Assembly (NCBI GenBank): GCA_965652295.1
Contig: CBFGTS010000001.1
Span: forward strand, 32,001 to 96,000
Length of the DNA stretch: 64,000 nt
DNA from: an uncultured Haloferula sp.
Lineage (GTDB): Bacteria; Verrucomicrobiota; Verrucomicrobiia; Verrucomicrobiales; Akkermansiaceae
Reading direction: 5' to 3'
In this document: piece after piece, positions 20,012 through 29,679 of the stretch
How positions within the stretch are numbered: the first letter of the stretch is position 1
Layout: each line of letters starts with the position of its first letter
Position numbers and translations under genes: made by a program
Notes under the pieces: model-generated
Databases searched by the model: none
The model's input: the letters and a program-made list of their open reading frames with translations, nothing else
Told to the model about the DNA's origin: nothing

Positions 20012-20091
20012 GGGTGGCGAACTTGAAAGGTCCTTTCGGGCTGCGATCCGTGATCTACCATCTGCCATCCACAATCTTCCATCTCCCATCA
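20012..20091 (-). repeat. Heptamer tract plus 38-bp core, right copy of the inverted repeat
   Basis: Seven NNNATCN heptamers at 20043-20091; core 20012-20049 is 34/38 identical to the reverse complement of 16939-16976. Confidence 0.8.
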
Positions 20092-20430
20092 AGGCCGCTT
20101 GCCCTTCGGCAACGAGGCGACGACCAGGGCGTAGGAATGGTCGATCCACTCTGCGATGAGTTCGGAAGGGATGGAGCCGTCGAGGGTGACGGTGTTCCAG
20201 TGCTTCTTGTTCATGTGGTAGCCGGGGATGACGCCATCGAAGGATTCGCGGAGCTCGAGGGCGCGGTCGGGATCGCACTTCAGGTTCATGCGCGGCGGGA
20301 AGTCGGAGGGATCGGCGAGGGCGAACATCTTGCCGGCGACCTTGTAAACCAGCACGTCCGGACCGAAGGGGGTGGTCTCCTCGGCGGCGGGCTTGGAGAG
20401 GCAGTAGGCGATCGCGTCGGGGAGGTCCAT
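20089..20430 (-). CDS. MmcQ/YjbR family DNA-binding protein
   Basis: PFGPDVLVYKVAGKMFAL; NLKCDP; PGYHMNKKHWNTV; IDHSY.LV. Confidence 0.95.
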   Translation of the reverse strand: MDLPDAIAYCLSKPAAEETTPFGPDVLVYKVAGKMFALADPSDFPPRMNLKCDPDRALELRESFDGVIPGYHMNKKHWNTVTLDGSIPSELIAEWIDHSYALVVASLPKGKRP

Positions 20431-20435
20431 GGGGA

Positions 20436-20536
20436 GAGTTTGCTGGTTTTCAGCCCCGACGGGTCGGGGTGCCTGCCGGCATTTTCAGGAGAGGCGGGGG
20501 AGGGAGTTTGCTAGTGTTCAGTTTTCAGTGTTCAGG
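20436..20536 (+). repeat. About 100-bp dispersed repeat, copy 1
   Basis: GAGTTTGCTGGTTTTCAG-CCCCGACGGGTCGGGG-TGCCTGCCGGCATTTTCAGG...GTTTTCAGTGTTCAGG; near-identical copy at 22639-22736. Confidence 0.88.
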
Positions 20537-20627
20537 CAAAAGGCAAAAGGCAAAAGGCAAAAGGCGAAAGGCGAAAGGCGAGAGCGGGAGAGCGGGAGAG
20601 CGGGAGAGCGGGAGAGCGGGAGAGCGG
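20514..20627 (+). repeat. Compound tandem repeat: ten in-phase heptamers then five octamers
   Basis: GTGTTCA GTTTTCA GTGTTCA (GGCAAAA)x4 (GGCGAAA)x2 GGCGAGA (GCGGGAGA)x5. Confidence 0.92.
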
Positions 20628-20642
20628 TTGGGATGGGGACGC

Positions 20643-21311
20643 TCAGTCCCAGGTCTCGCGTTTGAGGATTTCGAGGAGGCAGCGGTTGTCGTAGGTGGTC
20701 AGGCGGATCCAGTCGAAGTGGAGTGCGGCCAGACCGAGGCCGACGCCGCCGAGGAAGCCGCCGATATGGGCCCAGTAGGCGATCATCCCGCCGCCGGTGG
20801 CGGCACCCCAGACATCGAAGGCGAACCAGGCGAGGATGACCCAGAAGGCGCGGCAGGAAAAGGTGCCGCCGCGGATCAGGAAAACCCAGAAGAGATAGAC
20901 GCGGTTCAAGGGATACATGGCGAAGACGACGCCGACGATGCCGTTGATGGCGCCGCTCGCACCGATGGCGGGGCTGCCGTCCATCAGGTTGTGGACGGTC
21001 GCGGAGACCAGCGTGGCGGCGAGGAACAGCGTCAGGTATTTGAGGTTGCCGATGTTGGAGCAGATGGCGTTTCCAAAGACCCAGAGGAAGATCATGTTGC
21101 CGATCAGGTGGATGAGATCGGCATGGATCAGGACGTGCCCGAAAAGACCGGGCAGCGTGAACCCGTCGAGCACGAGGGGCTCGACCCAGCTTCCCTCGCC
21201 GGCGAACATGGCCAGCAGGGAGACGAGGGAGCAGGAGGCCACGATGAGCCAGTTCGCCCACGGGCGCTCCTGGATCAGGGTTTCGATTTCGTAGGGGACG
21301 AAGAAGAGCAC
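20643..21311 (-). CDS. Rhomboid family intramembrane serine protease
   Basis: HADLIHLIGNMIFLWVFG; GASGAING catalytic Ser; AYWAHIGGFLGG catalytic His. Confidence 0.95.
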   Translation of the reverse strand: MLFFVPYEIETLIQERPWANWLIVASCSLVSLLAMFAGEGSWVEPLVLDGFTLPGLFGHVLIHADLIHLIGNMIFLWVFGNAICSNIGNLKYLTLFLAATLVSATVHNLMDGSPAIGASGAINGIVGVVFAMYPLNRVYLFWVFLIRGGTFSCRAFWVILAWFAFDVWGAATGGGMIAYWAHIGGFLGGVGLGLAALHFDWIRLTTYDNRCLLEILKRETWD

Positions 21312-21764
21312 GGGAGGGCCGTTCTAACAGATTACGGAAGGGTTTGGAATGGGAAAGAGAGGCATGTTTACAAGCCCGATGGCGGTGCTGATTCGCCATC
21401 TGCGGCTATCTGTGACCCGGAGGTGAATCCATCTCCCGCAGAGGCGCACGGAGGCGGAGGATGAGTCTTCCCTCCGTGACCTCCGTTTTCTCCGCATCTC
21501 CGTGCCCGGAAGAATGCCTGTCCAACCGGGAACCATCCCGATGTCTTCTGACGACGTCCGGTGAATCAAGCCCGATCGGTGATCATCTCCTGCATCTGCG
21601 GTTCTTTCCCTCCCGGGTTCGATCGCCGGCAGCAAAACCGCCTGGAGGCAGAACGACATGCGAAGGTGGCGAGCCGGAAACGGTTGCTTGGTGCTGTCGC
21701 TGGAGGTTTGCGGGGGAGCCTTCTTCCGTTTGGCCGGGCGGAGGAACCGGGCTATGGGGAGGGG

Positions 21765-22631
21765 GTGAAACGATGGTGCCGGAGATTCGGAGGTGCTCTG
21801 CTGGTCGCTTGCTGCCTGGGCAGGGCGGCGGCGGAAGGGGAGCAGGGGTTTTCCAGGAAGATGCAGGAACTGGAGGGCCGGCACGGGGGAAGGCTGGGGG
21901 TGGCGGTTGTGGAGGTGGGGAAACCGGAGCGGCACAGATCGCATCGGGGCGGAGAGCGCTTCGCGATGTGCAGCACGTTCAAGTTCCTGCTGGCGGCGGC
22001 GGTGGCGGCGCGGGTGGACGCGGGGGAGGAAAGTTGGTCGCGACCGATCTCCTATGGAAAAGACGACCTGCTGGAGTGGGCTCCGGTGACGGGCAGAGCG
22101 GAGCATCTGGAGGCGGGTTCGATGACCGTCGGGCAGCTCTGCGAGGCGGCGATGATCTGGAGCGACAACCCGGCGGCCAATCTGCTGCTGGCGACGATGG
22201 ACGGGCCGGCGGGGCTGACGCGTTTTCTTCGGGGAATCGGAGACGAAACGACCCGGCTGGACCGGACGGAGCCGGAGCTGAACACGAACCTGCCGGGAGA
22301 TGTGCGGGACACGAGCACGCCGGAGGCGATGGCGGCGACGATGGAGAAAATCCTTTTCGGCGAGGTGCTGACGGAGGCGTCGCGGAAGAAGCTCGAAGGC
22401 TGGCTGGTCGATAATCGCACGGGCGACAAGCGGCTACGCGCGGGGATGCCGGCTGGCTGGCGGGTGGGCGACAAGACGGGCACCAGTGGCAATGGCGCGG
22501 CGAATGACATCGCGGTGGTCTGGCCGGATGAGGGACTGCCCTTCGTGGTGGTGGTGTTCTACGACGTGAAGGATGCGACGGCGGAGGAACGGGATGCGGT
22601 GATTGCGGGGGTGGGAGCGGCGAGTAGGTAA
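21765..22631 (+). CDS. bla: Class A serine beta-lactamase
   Basis: ERFAMCSTFK (SxxK), SDN, RLDRTEPELN (Glu166 omega loop), GDKTGT; GTG start after GGAG with a signal peptide. Confidence 0.95.
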   Translation: MKRWCRRFGGALLVACCLGRAAAEGEQGFSRKMQELEGRHGGRLGVAVVEVGKPERHRSHRGGERFAMCSTFKFLLAAAVAARVDAGEESWSRPISYGKDDLLEWAPVTGRAEHLEAGSMTVGQLCEAAMIWSDNPAANLLLATMDGPAGLTRFLRGIGDETTRLDRTEPELNTNLPGDVRDTSTPEAMAATMEKILFGEVLTEASRKKLEGWLVDNRTGDKRLRAGMPAGWRVGDKTGTSGNGAANDIAVVWPDEGLPFVVVVFYDVKDATAEERDAVIAGVGAASR

Positions 22632-22638
22632 GTGGTGG

Positions 22639-22802
22639 GAGTTTGCTGGTTTTCAGTCCCGACGGGTCGGGGTGCCTGCCGGCATTTTCAGGGGGAGCGG
22701 GGAGACTTTGCTGGTTTTCAGTGTTCAGTGTTCAGGAAGAAGCGGTAGGCGACTGAAAAGGGCGGTAGCCATCTCTTATCTGCTATCGACGATCTCCCAT
22801 CT
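22639..22802 (+). repeat. About 100-bp dispersed repeat copy 2, followed by a heptamer tract
   Basis: 22639-22736 matches 20436-20536; GCCATCT CTTATCT GCTATCG ACGATCT CCCATCT at 22768-22802. Confidence 0.85.
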
Positions 22803-22919
22803 GCCGACAGGCGGGGATGGCTGAAGCCTGCCCTGACTTTCGCAAACCGGAGGTTCGCGCCACAGGTCGCGGGGCACTGGGGGTTTGAGCTGGAAGGGAA
22901 ATGGCGGTAGGGGGTGAGG

Positions 22920-25700
22920 ATGACAAAATGGTTCGTGGCCGGGATTCTGGGGTGGGTGCTTCCGGTGTCGGGGCAGGAGAACGCGCTTCGATACGAGGCG
23001 GGCATCCTGGCTCCGAACCAGCAGAACCGGGTGGTGGCGGTGGAGGCGAGCGGGAACGTGGGGCTGGTGCTGCGGCCCGTGCCGGGAGGCGCGGAGGCGG
23101 CGGTGTACCGTCGGAACGGATCGGGGGTGTGGGCGGAGGAGGACGTGCTGACAAGCGGCGAGATCACGGCGGTGGCACTGGATGCCTCATCGGAAATGGC
23201 AGCGGTGGGGGTGGACAATGTGGTGGAGGTCCACCGGCCGTCGTTTCCGCCGAACTGGACGTATTTCGGCACGGCGGGAAGCATGGTGCTGCCGGTGGAC
23301 GAGGAGGTGGTGGGTGTGGCGGTGGACGGGCCGTATGCGGCGGTGCTGGCGGAGTCGTCGGGCTCGCTGGGCGGCGATCAGCGGGTGCGGATGTTCGAGC
23401 TGGCGGGCGGGGCGTGGTCGGAGGTGGCGGATTTCACGCTGGCGCTGCTGCCGGGGGACCTGTTTCCGCCGCGGATCTCGGGCCTGGCGCTGGAGGGGAC
23501 GCGGCTGGCGATCACGGGGGCGGCGGGGGATGTGATCGAGATCCACGAACGGGACGCGCCGGGCGGGGCGTGGGGGACGGTGGCGACGATCGATGGCGGG
23601 ACGTTGGGGCTGGAGGAGTTCGGGGATGTGGCGCTGGCGGGCGACCGGCTGGCGGTGACGGCGGTGCAGGCGGGCTCCGAGGTGCCGAGAGTCGAGGCGT
23701 TTTCCCGAAACCTGGGTGGTGCGGATGCGTGGGGGCATGCGGGGACGGTACATGTGGCCCCGGTGGGAATCGGTGGGCTGCGGCTGGATGCGGACGGTGA
23801 TCGGTTGGTGGTGATGGGGCTTCCGGAGCTGTCGTTGTTTTTCTTCGGGGGGCTGGCGGAGGCGAATTTCTATGGTGCGGGTGGGGGTGCGACGGGGTGG
23901 GCGCACGAGGCGAGGCGGGATCTGGGGCGGCTGAATGGTTTCGGCGTGTTGTCGCTGGGTCCGGCGGCCGCGGCGGATTTGCTGGCGGTGACGGGGGAGG
24001 ATGCGTGGTTCGGCCTGGCGGATGAGGAGTATTTCGAGGGCGCGGCGGGTTGGGCGGCGGTGGTGCACCGGCGCGGCGGAGGGGGATGGGGCCAGGTGCA
24101 GTTGATCGAGGGGCCGGGGGTGGCGGACGGGTTGGGGAAATCGCTGTCGATGGAGAACGGGGTGCTGGCGGTGGGGATGCCGGACGATTCGTGGATGGGA
24201 GCGGAAACGGGGTCGGTGATGTTATGGTGGGTGGCGGTTTCGGGCCAGGAGGGAGGCCAGGCGATGGTGCCACTGGGGCGGATCACGAGTCCTTCGCCGC
24301 AGGCCGGTGAGCGGTTCGGTGCCTCGGTGGCGGTGTTCGCGGGCGGGGATGGATTTTTCCCGGCGGATGTGGTGGTGGCGGTGGGTGCGCCGGGGCGGAA
24401 TGGCGGGGCGGGGGCGGCGTATGTGTTCGAGCCGGGTCTGAGTGGGAATTCGGCAGGAATGGCGCTGGAGCCGGCGGAGGGTTTGGCGGCGGGCGATGCG
24501 TTCGGGAGTTCGGTGGCCGTGGGCGGCGGGACGGAGGCGGATTGGATCGGTGTGGGAAGTCCCGGGGACGATGATGCGGCGTCGAACGCGGGCGCGGTGT
24601 TTGTGTTCGAGCGCGATCTGGGTGGGGTGGATGCGTGGGGGCGGCGGGCGAAACGGACGCGGCCGGCGGGGGTGAGCGGAACGGGCTTCGGGACGAAGAT
24701 GAGCGGGTTCGAGGATGACGGGGATTTCCTGCTGGCGACGCGGCCGCCGGTCTTGGGCAGCCCGGGACAGGTGGCGGTGTTCGGTCGCGACGAGGGAGGG
24801 ACGGATGCGTGGGGGGTGGACGCGGTGATCGAGGCACCGGCGGGCTCGCCTCCGGGGTTCGGAGCGAGCGTGGACGGCGGGTTCTTTTCGATGGCGATCG
24901 GTGCTACGGGAAATGCGGGCGGAACGGGCAAGGCGTATGTTTACAGTCGCGGCACCGGAGGTTGGGCACCGGTGCTGGAGGCGACGGGGACGGCGACGGA
25001 GGGGCCGAGTTTCGGCAGTGAGGTGGCCGTTTCCTATCTGCATCTCTGCGTCGGCTCGCCGGCGGCGGGCGGGGGAAACGGACGGCTATCGGTATGGGGG
25101 CAGAGGGGCCCGATCCTGGCGGACTGGGGACTGCTTTACCATCAGAGCGGCTCGTCGGGCGAGGGTCTGGGAAGCGCGGTGGGGTCGTGGATCATCTACG
25201 GCGCGGCGGGCGCGCCGGGCTCGAATTTTTCGGGGCCGGGAAACGGGCAGGTGGTGGTGAACCGGGCGGGGAGCTACGAGGTGTGAGCGAAATCGCACGA
25301 GCCATCGATCCTGCCACGCTGGAAACCGGAGCAGGACGCGGACGAGGACGGGCAGGCGAACCTGATCGAGTTCGCACTGGAATCGGACCCGACTTCGGCA
25401 GCGAGTCGCGGGATTTTCGCGCTGGAGCGTGGCGTGTATCATCCGACGACGACGGCGGATCCGGCGATGGTGTGGATGGTGCCCGATCCGGCCTATGCGA
25501 CGACCTTCCTGGACTTGAAGGTGGAGGTGAGCCCGACGCTGGAGTCGTGGACGACGGCGGAGTACGAGGGCGCGAGCACAGAGCGCTACTACCTGACGGG
25601 AGGGGCGCTGCGGCGGTTCTACCGGTTGAGTCCGCTTTATCCGTGGTTCGACTCCCCGAGCGGCGGCGGAGGGGGTGGGGTCATTGAGCTCGGGGAATGA
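22920..25700 (+). pseudogene. FG-GAP/integrin-like repeat surface protein interrupted by an in-frame TGA at 25284-25286
   Basis: Repeated FG.SVA..VGAPG..GAAYVF motifs; the same frame continues past the stop as SYEV*AKSH..DADEDGQANLIEFALESDP..RRFYRL to the stop at 25700. Confidence 0.75.
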
Positions 25701-25793
25701 GAGGAGGCTTCGTTTTTGAACCGTGACGTGCGGTGGGGGTGGAATACGCGATACGGTGATGCTCTGGATCCGAAGTGAAGCTAATATCAACGC

Positions 25794-26453
25794 ATGTCTT
25801 CCGCCTCTTCCATACGCGTGAACCATGTGTTCGTGGACTTCGAGAATGTACGGAGGATCGATCCCGAAGTCCTCGGGACAAAGACCTTTTCCCTGCAGAT
25901 CTTCCTCGGTCCTCAGAACAAGAAGCTGGATGTCGAGGTGGTGCAGGCGCTGCTGGAGCACTCCCATATGGTCAGGCTGGTGCGGAGCCCGAAGGCAGGA
26001 AACAACGCCTTGGACTTCGTGCTGGCCTTCGATCTCGGTCAGGCGGTGTTGGCCGATCCAAAGGGCTTCTTTCATATCATCTCGCGGGACGAGGGGTTCG
26101 ATTCATTGGTCGAGCTGCTGCGTGAGCGGAATGTGAAAATCCGCCGCCATGCGGATTGGGCGGGTCTTGCGACGGCGCTGGCGGTGCCGGTGAAACCGGA
26201 GCCGCTGAAGGAATCCCAGGTGCCGGCGAACGAGAGTGCTTCTTCGTTGAGCGAGCCTGCGAAGAAGATGCTGGAGGTGCTGAAGAAATCGGCGAAGAAC
26301 CGCCCGGCGCAGCGGAAGACGCTGGTGAATCACGCGATCCAATTCGTGGGAAAGGATGCGGGCCTGAAGGCGCAGGAAGCCGTCGTGGCGGAGCTGCAGA
26401 AGGCGGGCCGTTTGGCTTTCGATGAGAAAGGGAAGGTGACGTACCGGGTGTAG
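25794..26453 (+). CDS. PIN-like domain protein
   Basis: VFVDFENV; GNNALDFVLAFDLG; IISRDEGFD acidic PIN motifs; C-terminal winged-helix-like extension. Confidence 0.8.
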   Translation: MSSASSIRVNHVFVDFENVRRIDPEVLGTKTFSLQIFLGPQNKKLDVEVVQALLEHSHMVRLVRSPKAGNNALDFVLAFDLGQAVLADPKGFFHIISRDEGFDSLVELLRERNVKIRRHADWAGLATALAVPVKPEPLKESQVPANESASSLSEPAKKMLEVLKKSAKNRPAQRKTLVNHAIQFVGKDAGLKAQEAVVAELQKAGRLAFDEKGKVTYRV

Positions 26454-26488
26454 GAAGCTGAGAGCCATGCCAACAAAGGAGCGGCGGC

Positions 26489-27247
26489 TCAGTCGTAATG
26501 CACGGCTTCCAGGTAGAGTCCGTCGGCAGGCGCACAGTGGGAGCTGCGGCTGTGGGGGAGGCCCGCGGGTTGATCGAGCAGGGAGGTCATTTCCTCGAAG
26601 GGCATGCGGCCCTGGGCGACGTGGACGGCGCTGCCGACGAGGAGGCGGACCATTTTGTAGAGAAAGCCATCGCCGGTGAAGGTGAGGCGGAGGCCGTCTT
26701 CGATCGGTGAAACGGAAGTCCGTGTGAGCGTGCGGCGGTGGTCGGTGGCTTCGGTCTCGTTGCCGCGGCGGGCGCTGAAGGCCTCGAAGTCATGGTATCC
26801 ATGGAAGACGGCGAGGGCGGTGTCCAGCCGTTCCGGATCGAGCCCGCGCGGCAGATGCCAGGCGAGGCCGTGGCGGAAGGGGGAGAGGACGGGCGACGTA
26901 CTAAGATCGTAGTGGTAGGTTTTTCCGCGGGCGGAAAAGCGGGCGTGGAAATCCGGCGCGACCTCGGCGGCCTCCATCACACGGATCGTCCGGGGGAGTT
27001 TGGTATTGAGGGCGGCGAGCCAGTTCCCGGGGCGCATGGTGAGTGCGGCCGGCGCATCGAAATGGGCCGTCTGGGCGAGCGCGTGGACGCCGGCATCGGT
27101 GCGGCCGGAGCCGTGGACGCGGACGGGCTCGCGGGCGATGGTGGAGGCGGCCTTTTCAAGCAGGTCCTGGACGGTGTTTCCCCCGGGCTGCGATTGCCAG
27201 CCGTCGAAGGGGCGTCCGTCATAGGCAAGGGTGAGTCGCAGTCGCAT
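26489..27247 (-). CDS. truA: tRNA pseudouridine(38-40) synthase
   Basis: LAYDGRPFDGWQSQ; GSGRTDAGVHA; FHARFSA; GDGFLYKMVRLLVG; APADGLYL. Confidence 0.97.
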   Translation of the reverse strand: MRLRLTLAYDGRPFDGWQSQPGGNTVQDLLEKAASTIAREPVRVHGSGRTDAGVHALAQTAHFDAPAALTMRPGNWLAALNTKLPRTIRVMEAAEVAPDFHARFSARGKTYHYDLSTSPVLSPFRHGLAWHLPRGLDPERLDTALAVFHGYHDFEAFSARRGNETEATDHRRTLTRTSVSPIEDGLRLTFTGDGFLYKMVRLLVGSAVHVAQGRMPFEEMTSLLDQPAGLPHSRSSHCAPADGLYLEAVHYD

Positions 27248-27358
27248 CCGGACGCGACGTTGGCGGATCGATGCAGGCAGGTCCAACTTCGAAATGTCCC
27301 TCGCAGGGCCCGAGGATGGGGCTTTTCACCGATCCCGGCCCCGGCTAGACAGGCTCGA

Positions 27359-29596
27359 ATGAAAGCACCCTGGGTGGTTGGAAGTGTGTTGGTGGCGTTG
27401 CTGGCAGGCTGGGGTCTCGGCCGCATGAGCGATTCCGACGGACGGGACGGGGAGAACCAAAATGGAGTGGCGAGGGCTTCCGAGCGCACGGCGGGCAGAT
27501 CGCGCTTCGAAGGAGGAGCGGAGGCGGGCGTGCGGACTTTCGAGGAACTGCTCAATTCGGGTGGCTCGGACCGCCGTATCCTCAATGCCCTGACGCGGCA
27601 GCTCGATGGCTGCGGCGAGGAGGAACTGAGGGAGATGCTCAAGGTGCTGGACACCGCGCAGGTCCGGGGCTCGTGGGGCAAGCGGATGATCGCCGTGCAG
27701 ATGGTGTTCGAACGCTGGGCGGAGATCGATCCCAACGCGGCGCTGGGGGAGGCGCTGGAGCTGGACCGCTGGGAGGCGGGCGAGGCGATGCGGGCGGTTT
27801 TTTCCACGGTGGTGGAAACCGATCCGCAGGGGGCGTGGGCGCTGGCGCGGTCGGTCGCGGAGGGTCCGCTGCAGCGGCAGGCTTCGGAGATCGTGCTGGG
27901 CGAGATGGCGGAGGCGGATCCGCAGGGCGCGTTCGCCTTGCTGAAGGCGACGCCGGGCTTGCAGCCGGCGGCGCTGTTCGCCTCGTGGGCGAGGGTCGAT
28001 CCGGTGGGAGCGCTGGAGGCGAGCCGGACGCTGCCGGGCTCCGGTCGCACGGGGATTCTCGGCTCGGTGTTTTCGCAGTGGTTCCGCGATGACGAGAAGG
28101 CGGCGATGACGGCTTTCGAGGGGCTGGAAGGGCTTGAGCGGCGCTCGGCGGCGGATTCGATTCTGGGAACCTGGCAAGGGCTCGACGTGCAGGCCGCCGC
28201 GGCGTGGGCGGCGGAGCATGCGGGCGAGATTTCGGACCGTGCCTTGCAGGGGCTCTGCCGGGAGATGAGCCGCGAAGATCCGCAGGCGGCGGTGGCGTGG
28301 GCCACGGAACATCTGAAGGACAACGTGCGGGTCGAGGCCCTGGAAGGCGTCTTCGGCGAATGGGCGAGCCGCTCGCCGGCCGAGGCGGCGGAGTGGTTGA
28401 AATCGATCCAGAACCCTGCCGAGCAGGTCCGGATCGCCCGCAATGGTTTCTGGTGGCTGGCGTGGTCGTCGCCGCAGGATGCCGTCGGCCTGGCGAAGGA
28501 CATCGGCGAGAGCAATTTCGATGGCTGGTTCGTGAGGCAGATCGGCGAACAGCTGGCGGGGCTGGACATGAAGCGGGCGATGGAGATCGCCGACACCTTT
28601 GATACCGATGGTTTCAAATCCGGAATGCGGCAGGGGATCGTGGAAGCATGGATGGACGTGGATCCGGAGGGTGCGGTGGCTTTCGCGATGAGCGAGGAGA
28701 ACGAGGCGAAGCGAACCGGGCTGCTGGGGGTGATCGCGGGTGAAATGGCGGAACGCGATCCGGCGCGGGCCCTGGCGCTGGCGGAGGGCCTGCCGCCGGG
28801 GCAAGCGCAAACGCAGGTCGTCACCGCGGCGGTAGCGCAATGGGTGGGGAAATCGCCGCAGGAGGCCTCGGCCTACGTCGCCGGCCTGACGGATCCGGTG
28901 GTGAAGGAGGCGGCGATCCAGACGCTGATGCAGCGCTGGGCGTGGCAGGATGGCGAGGCGGCCTTCAAGTTCGCGGAAACCCTGGGTGCCGGAGGCGCGA
29001 CCCATCAGGGAATGATCCAGGCCGCGGGGCAGTGGGCGACGCGCGATCCGGAGGGAGCGTTCGACTACATCAGCGGTCTCCCCGCCGGAGGATCCGCCGA
29101 TCGGGCGCTCGCCGCCGTGCTGGAGCGCTGGGCGGGCGAGCATCCGGACCAGGCTGCGGCGGCCCTGGAGGGGGTCGGCAGCGGCACGCCCCAAATGTAT
29201 GAGTCCTTGGCGGATACCTGGTCGGCGAAGGAACCGGATGAGGCGCTGGCCTGGGCGGCGAGGCTCCAAGATCCCACCGCCCAAGCGGGGGCGTACGAGG
29301 CGATTTCCGAAAACTGGGCCGAGCGCGATCCCACGGCCGCCGGCGGGTGGCTCAGCGGGCTGGGCGAGGGCGAGCCGCGGGACAAGGCCGTGATGGCTTA
29401 CGCCAGAGAGGTGGTCGGCGTGGATGCCGCCTCCGCGCTGGGTTGGGCGAACTCGATCAGCGACCGCTCGCGGCGATGGGATACGGTGAAATCGCTGGCC
29501 AACCAATGGTATCAGCGCAATGCCGAGGAGGCCGTCTCCTGGATGCAGGATCAGGGTTTCAGCGCCGACCAGATCCACGAAGCGACGCGGGATTGA
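27359..29596 (+). CDS. Membrane-anchored alpha-helical repeat protein (W..DP..A..W repeats)
   Basis: N-terminal TM MKAPWVVGSVLVALLAGWGLG; many roughly 30-aa W.x.DP.AA..W units typical of Verrucomicrobia. Confidence 0.75.
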   Translation: MKAPWVVGSVLVALLAGWGLGRMSDSDGRDGENQNGVARASERTAGRSRFEGGAEAGVRTFEELLNSGGSDRRILNALTRQLDGCGEEELREMLKVLDTAQVRGSWGKRMIAVQMVFERWAEIDPNAALGEALELDRWEAGEAMRAVFSTVVETDPQGAWALARSVAEGPLQRQASEIVLGEMAEADPQGAFALLKATPGLQPAALFASWARVDPVGALEASRTLPGSGRTGILGSVFSQWFRDDEKAAMTAFEGLEGLERRSAADSILGTWQGLDVQAAAAWAAEHAGEISDRALQGLCREMSREDPQAAVAWATEHLKDNVRVEALEGVFGEWASRSPAEAAEWLKSIQNPAEQVRIARNGFWWLAWSSPQDAVGLAKDIGESNFDGWFVRQIGEQLAGLDMKRAMEIADTFDTDGFKSGMRQGIVEAWMDVDPEGAVAFAMSEENEAKRTGLLGVIAGEMAERDPARALALAEGLPPGQAQTQVVTAAVAQWVGKSPQEASAYVAGLTDPVVKEAAIQTLMQRWAWQDGEAAFKFAETLGAGGATHQGMIQAAGQWATRDPEGAFDYISGLPAGGSADRALAAVLERWAGEHPDQAAAALEGVGSGTPQMYESLADTWSAKEPDEALAWAARLQDPTAQAGAYEAISENWAERDPTAAGGWLSGLGEGEPRDKAVMAYAREVVGVDAASALGWANSISDRSRRWDTVKSLANQWYQRNAEEAVSWMQDQGFSADQIHEATRD

Positions 29597-29679
29597 TACC
29601 ACCAGCGGCGATTTTCCGAGCCCTCGTCGGGCGCGGTTGATTCGAGCCGGGCGGCAGGTATGATCCGCGCCGACCGCCC

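Noticed and set aside
14606..26488. Integron cassette array
   Set aside because: Genes are in mixed orientation; no integrase and no RYYYAAC..GTTRRRY attC structures recognised
26738..27358. N-terminal extension of the 952-aa ORF
   Set aside because: Overlaps truA on the opposite strand; the TM-bearing start at 27359 is more plausible
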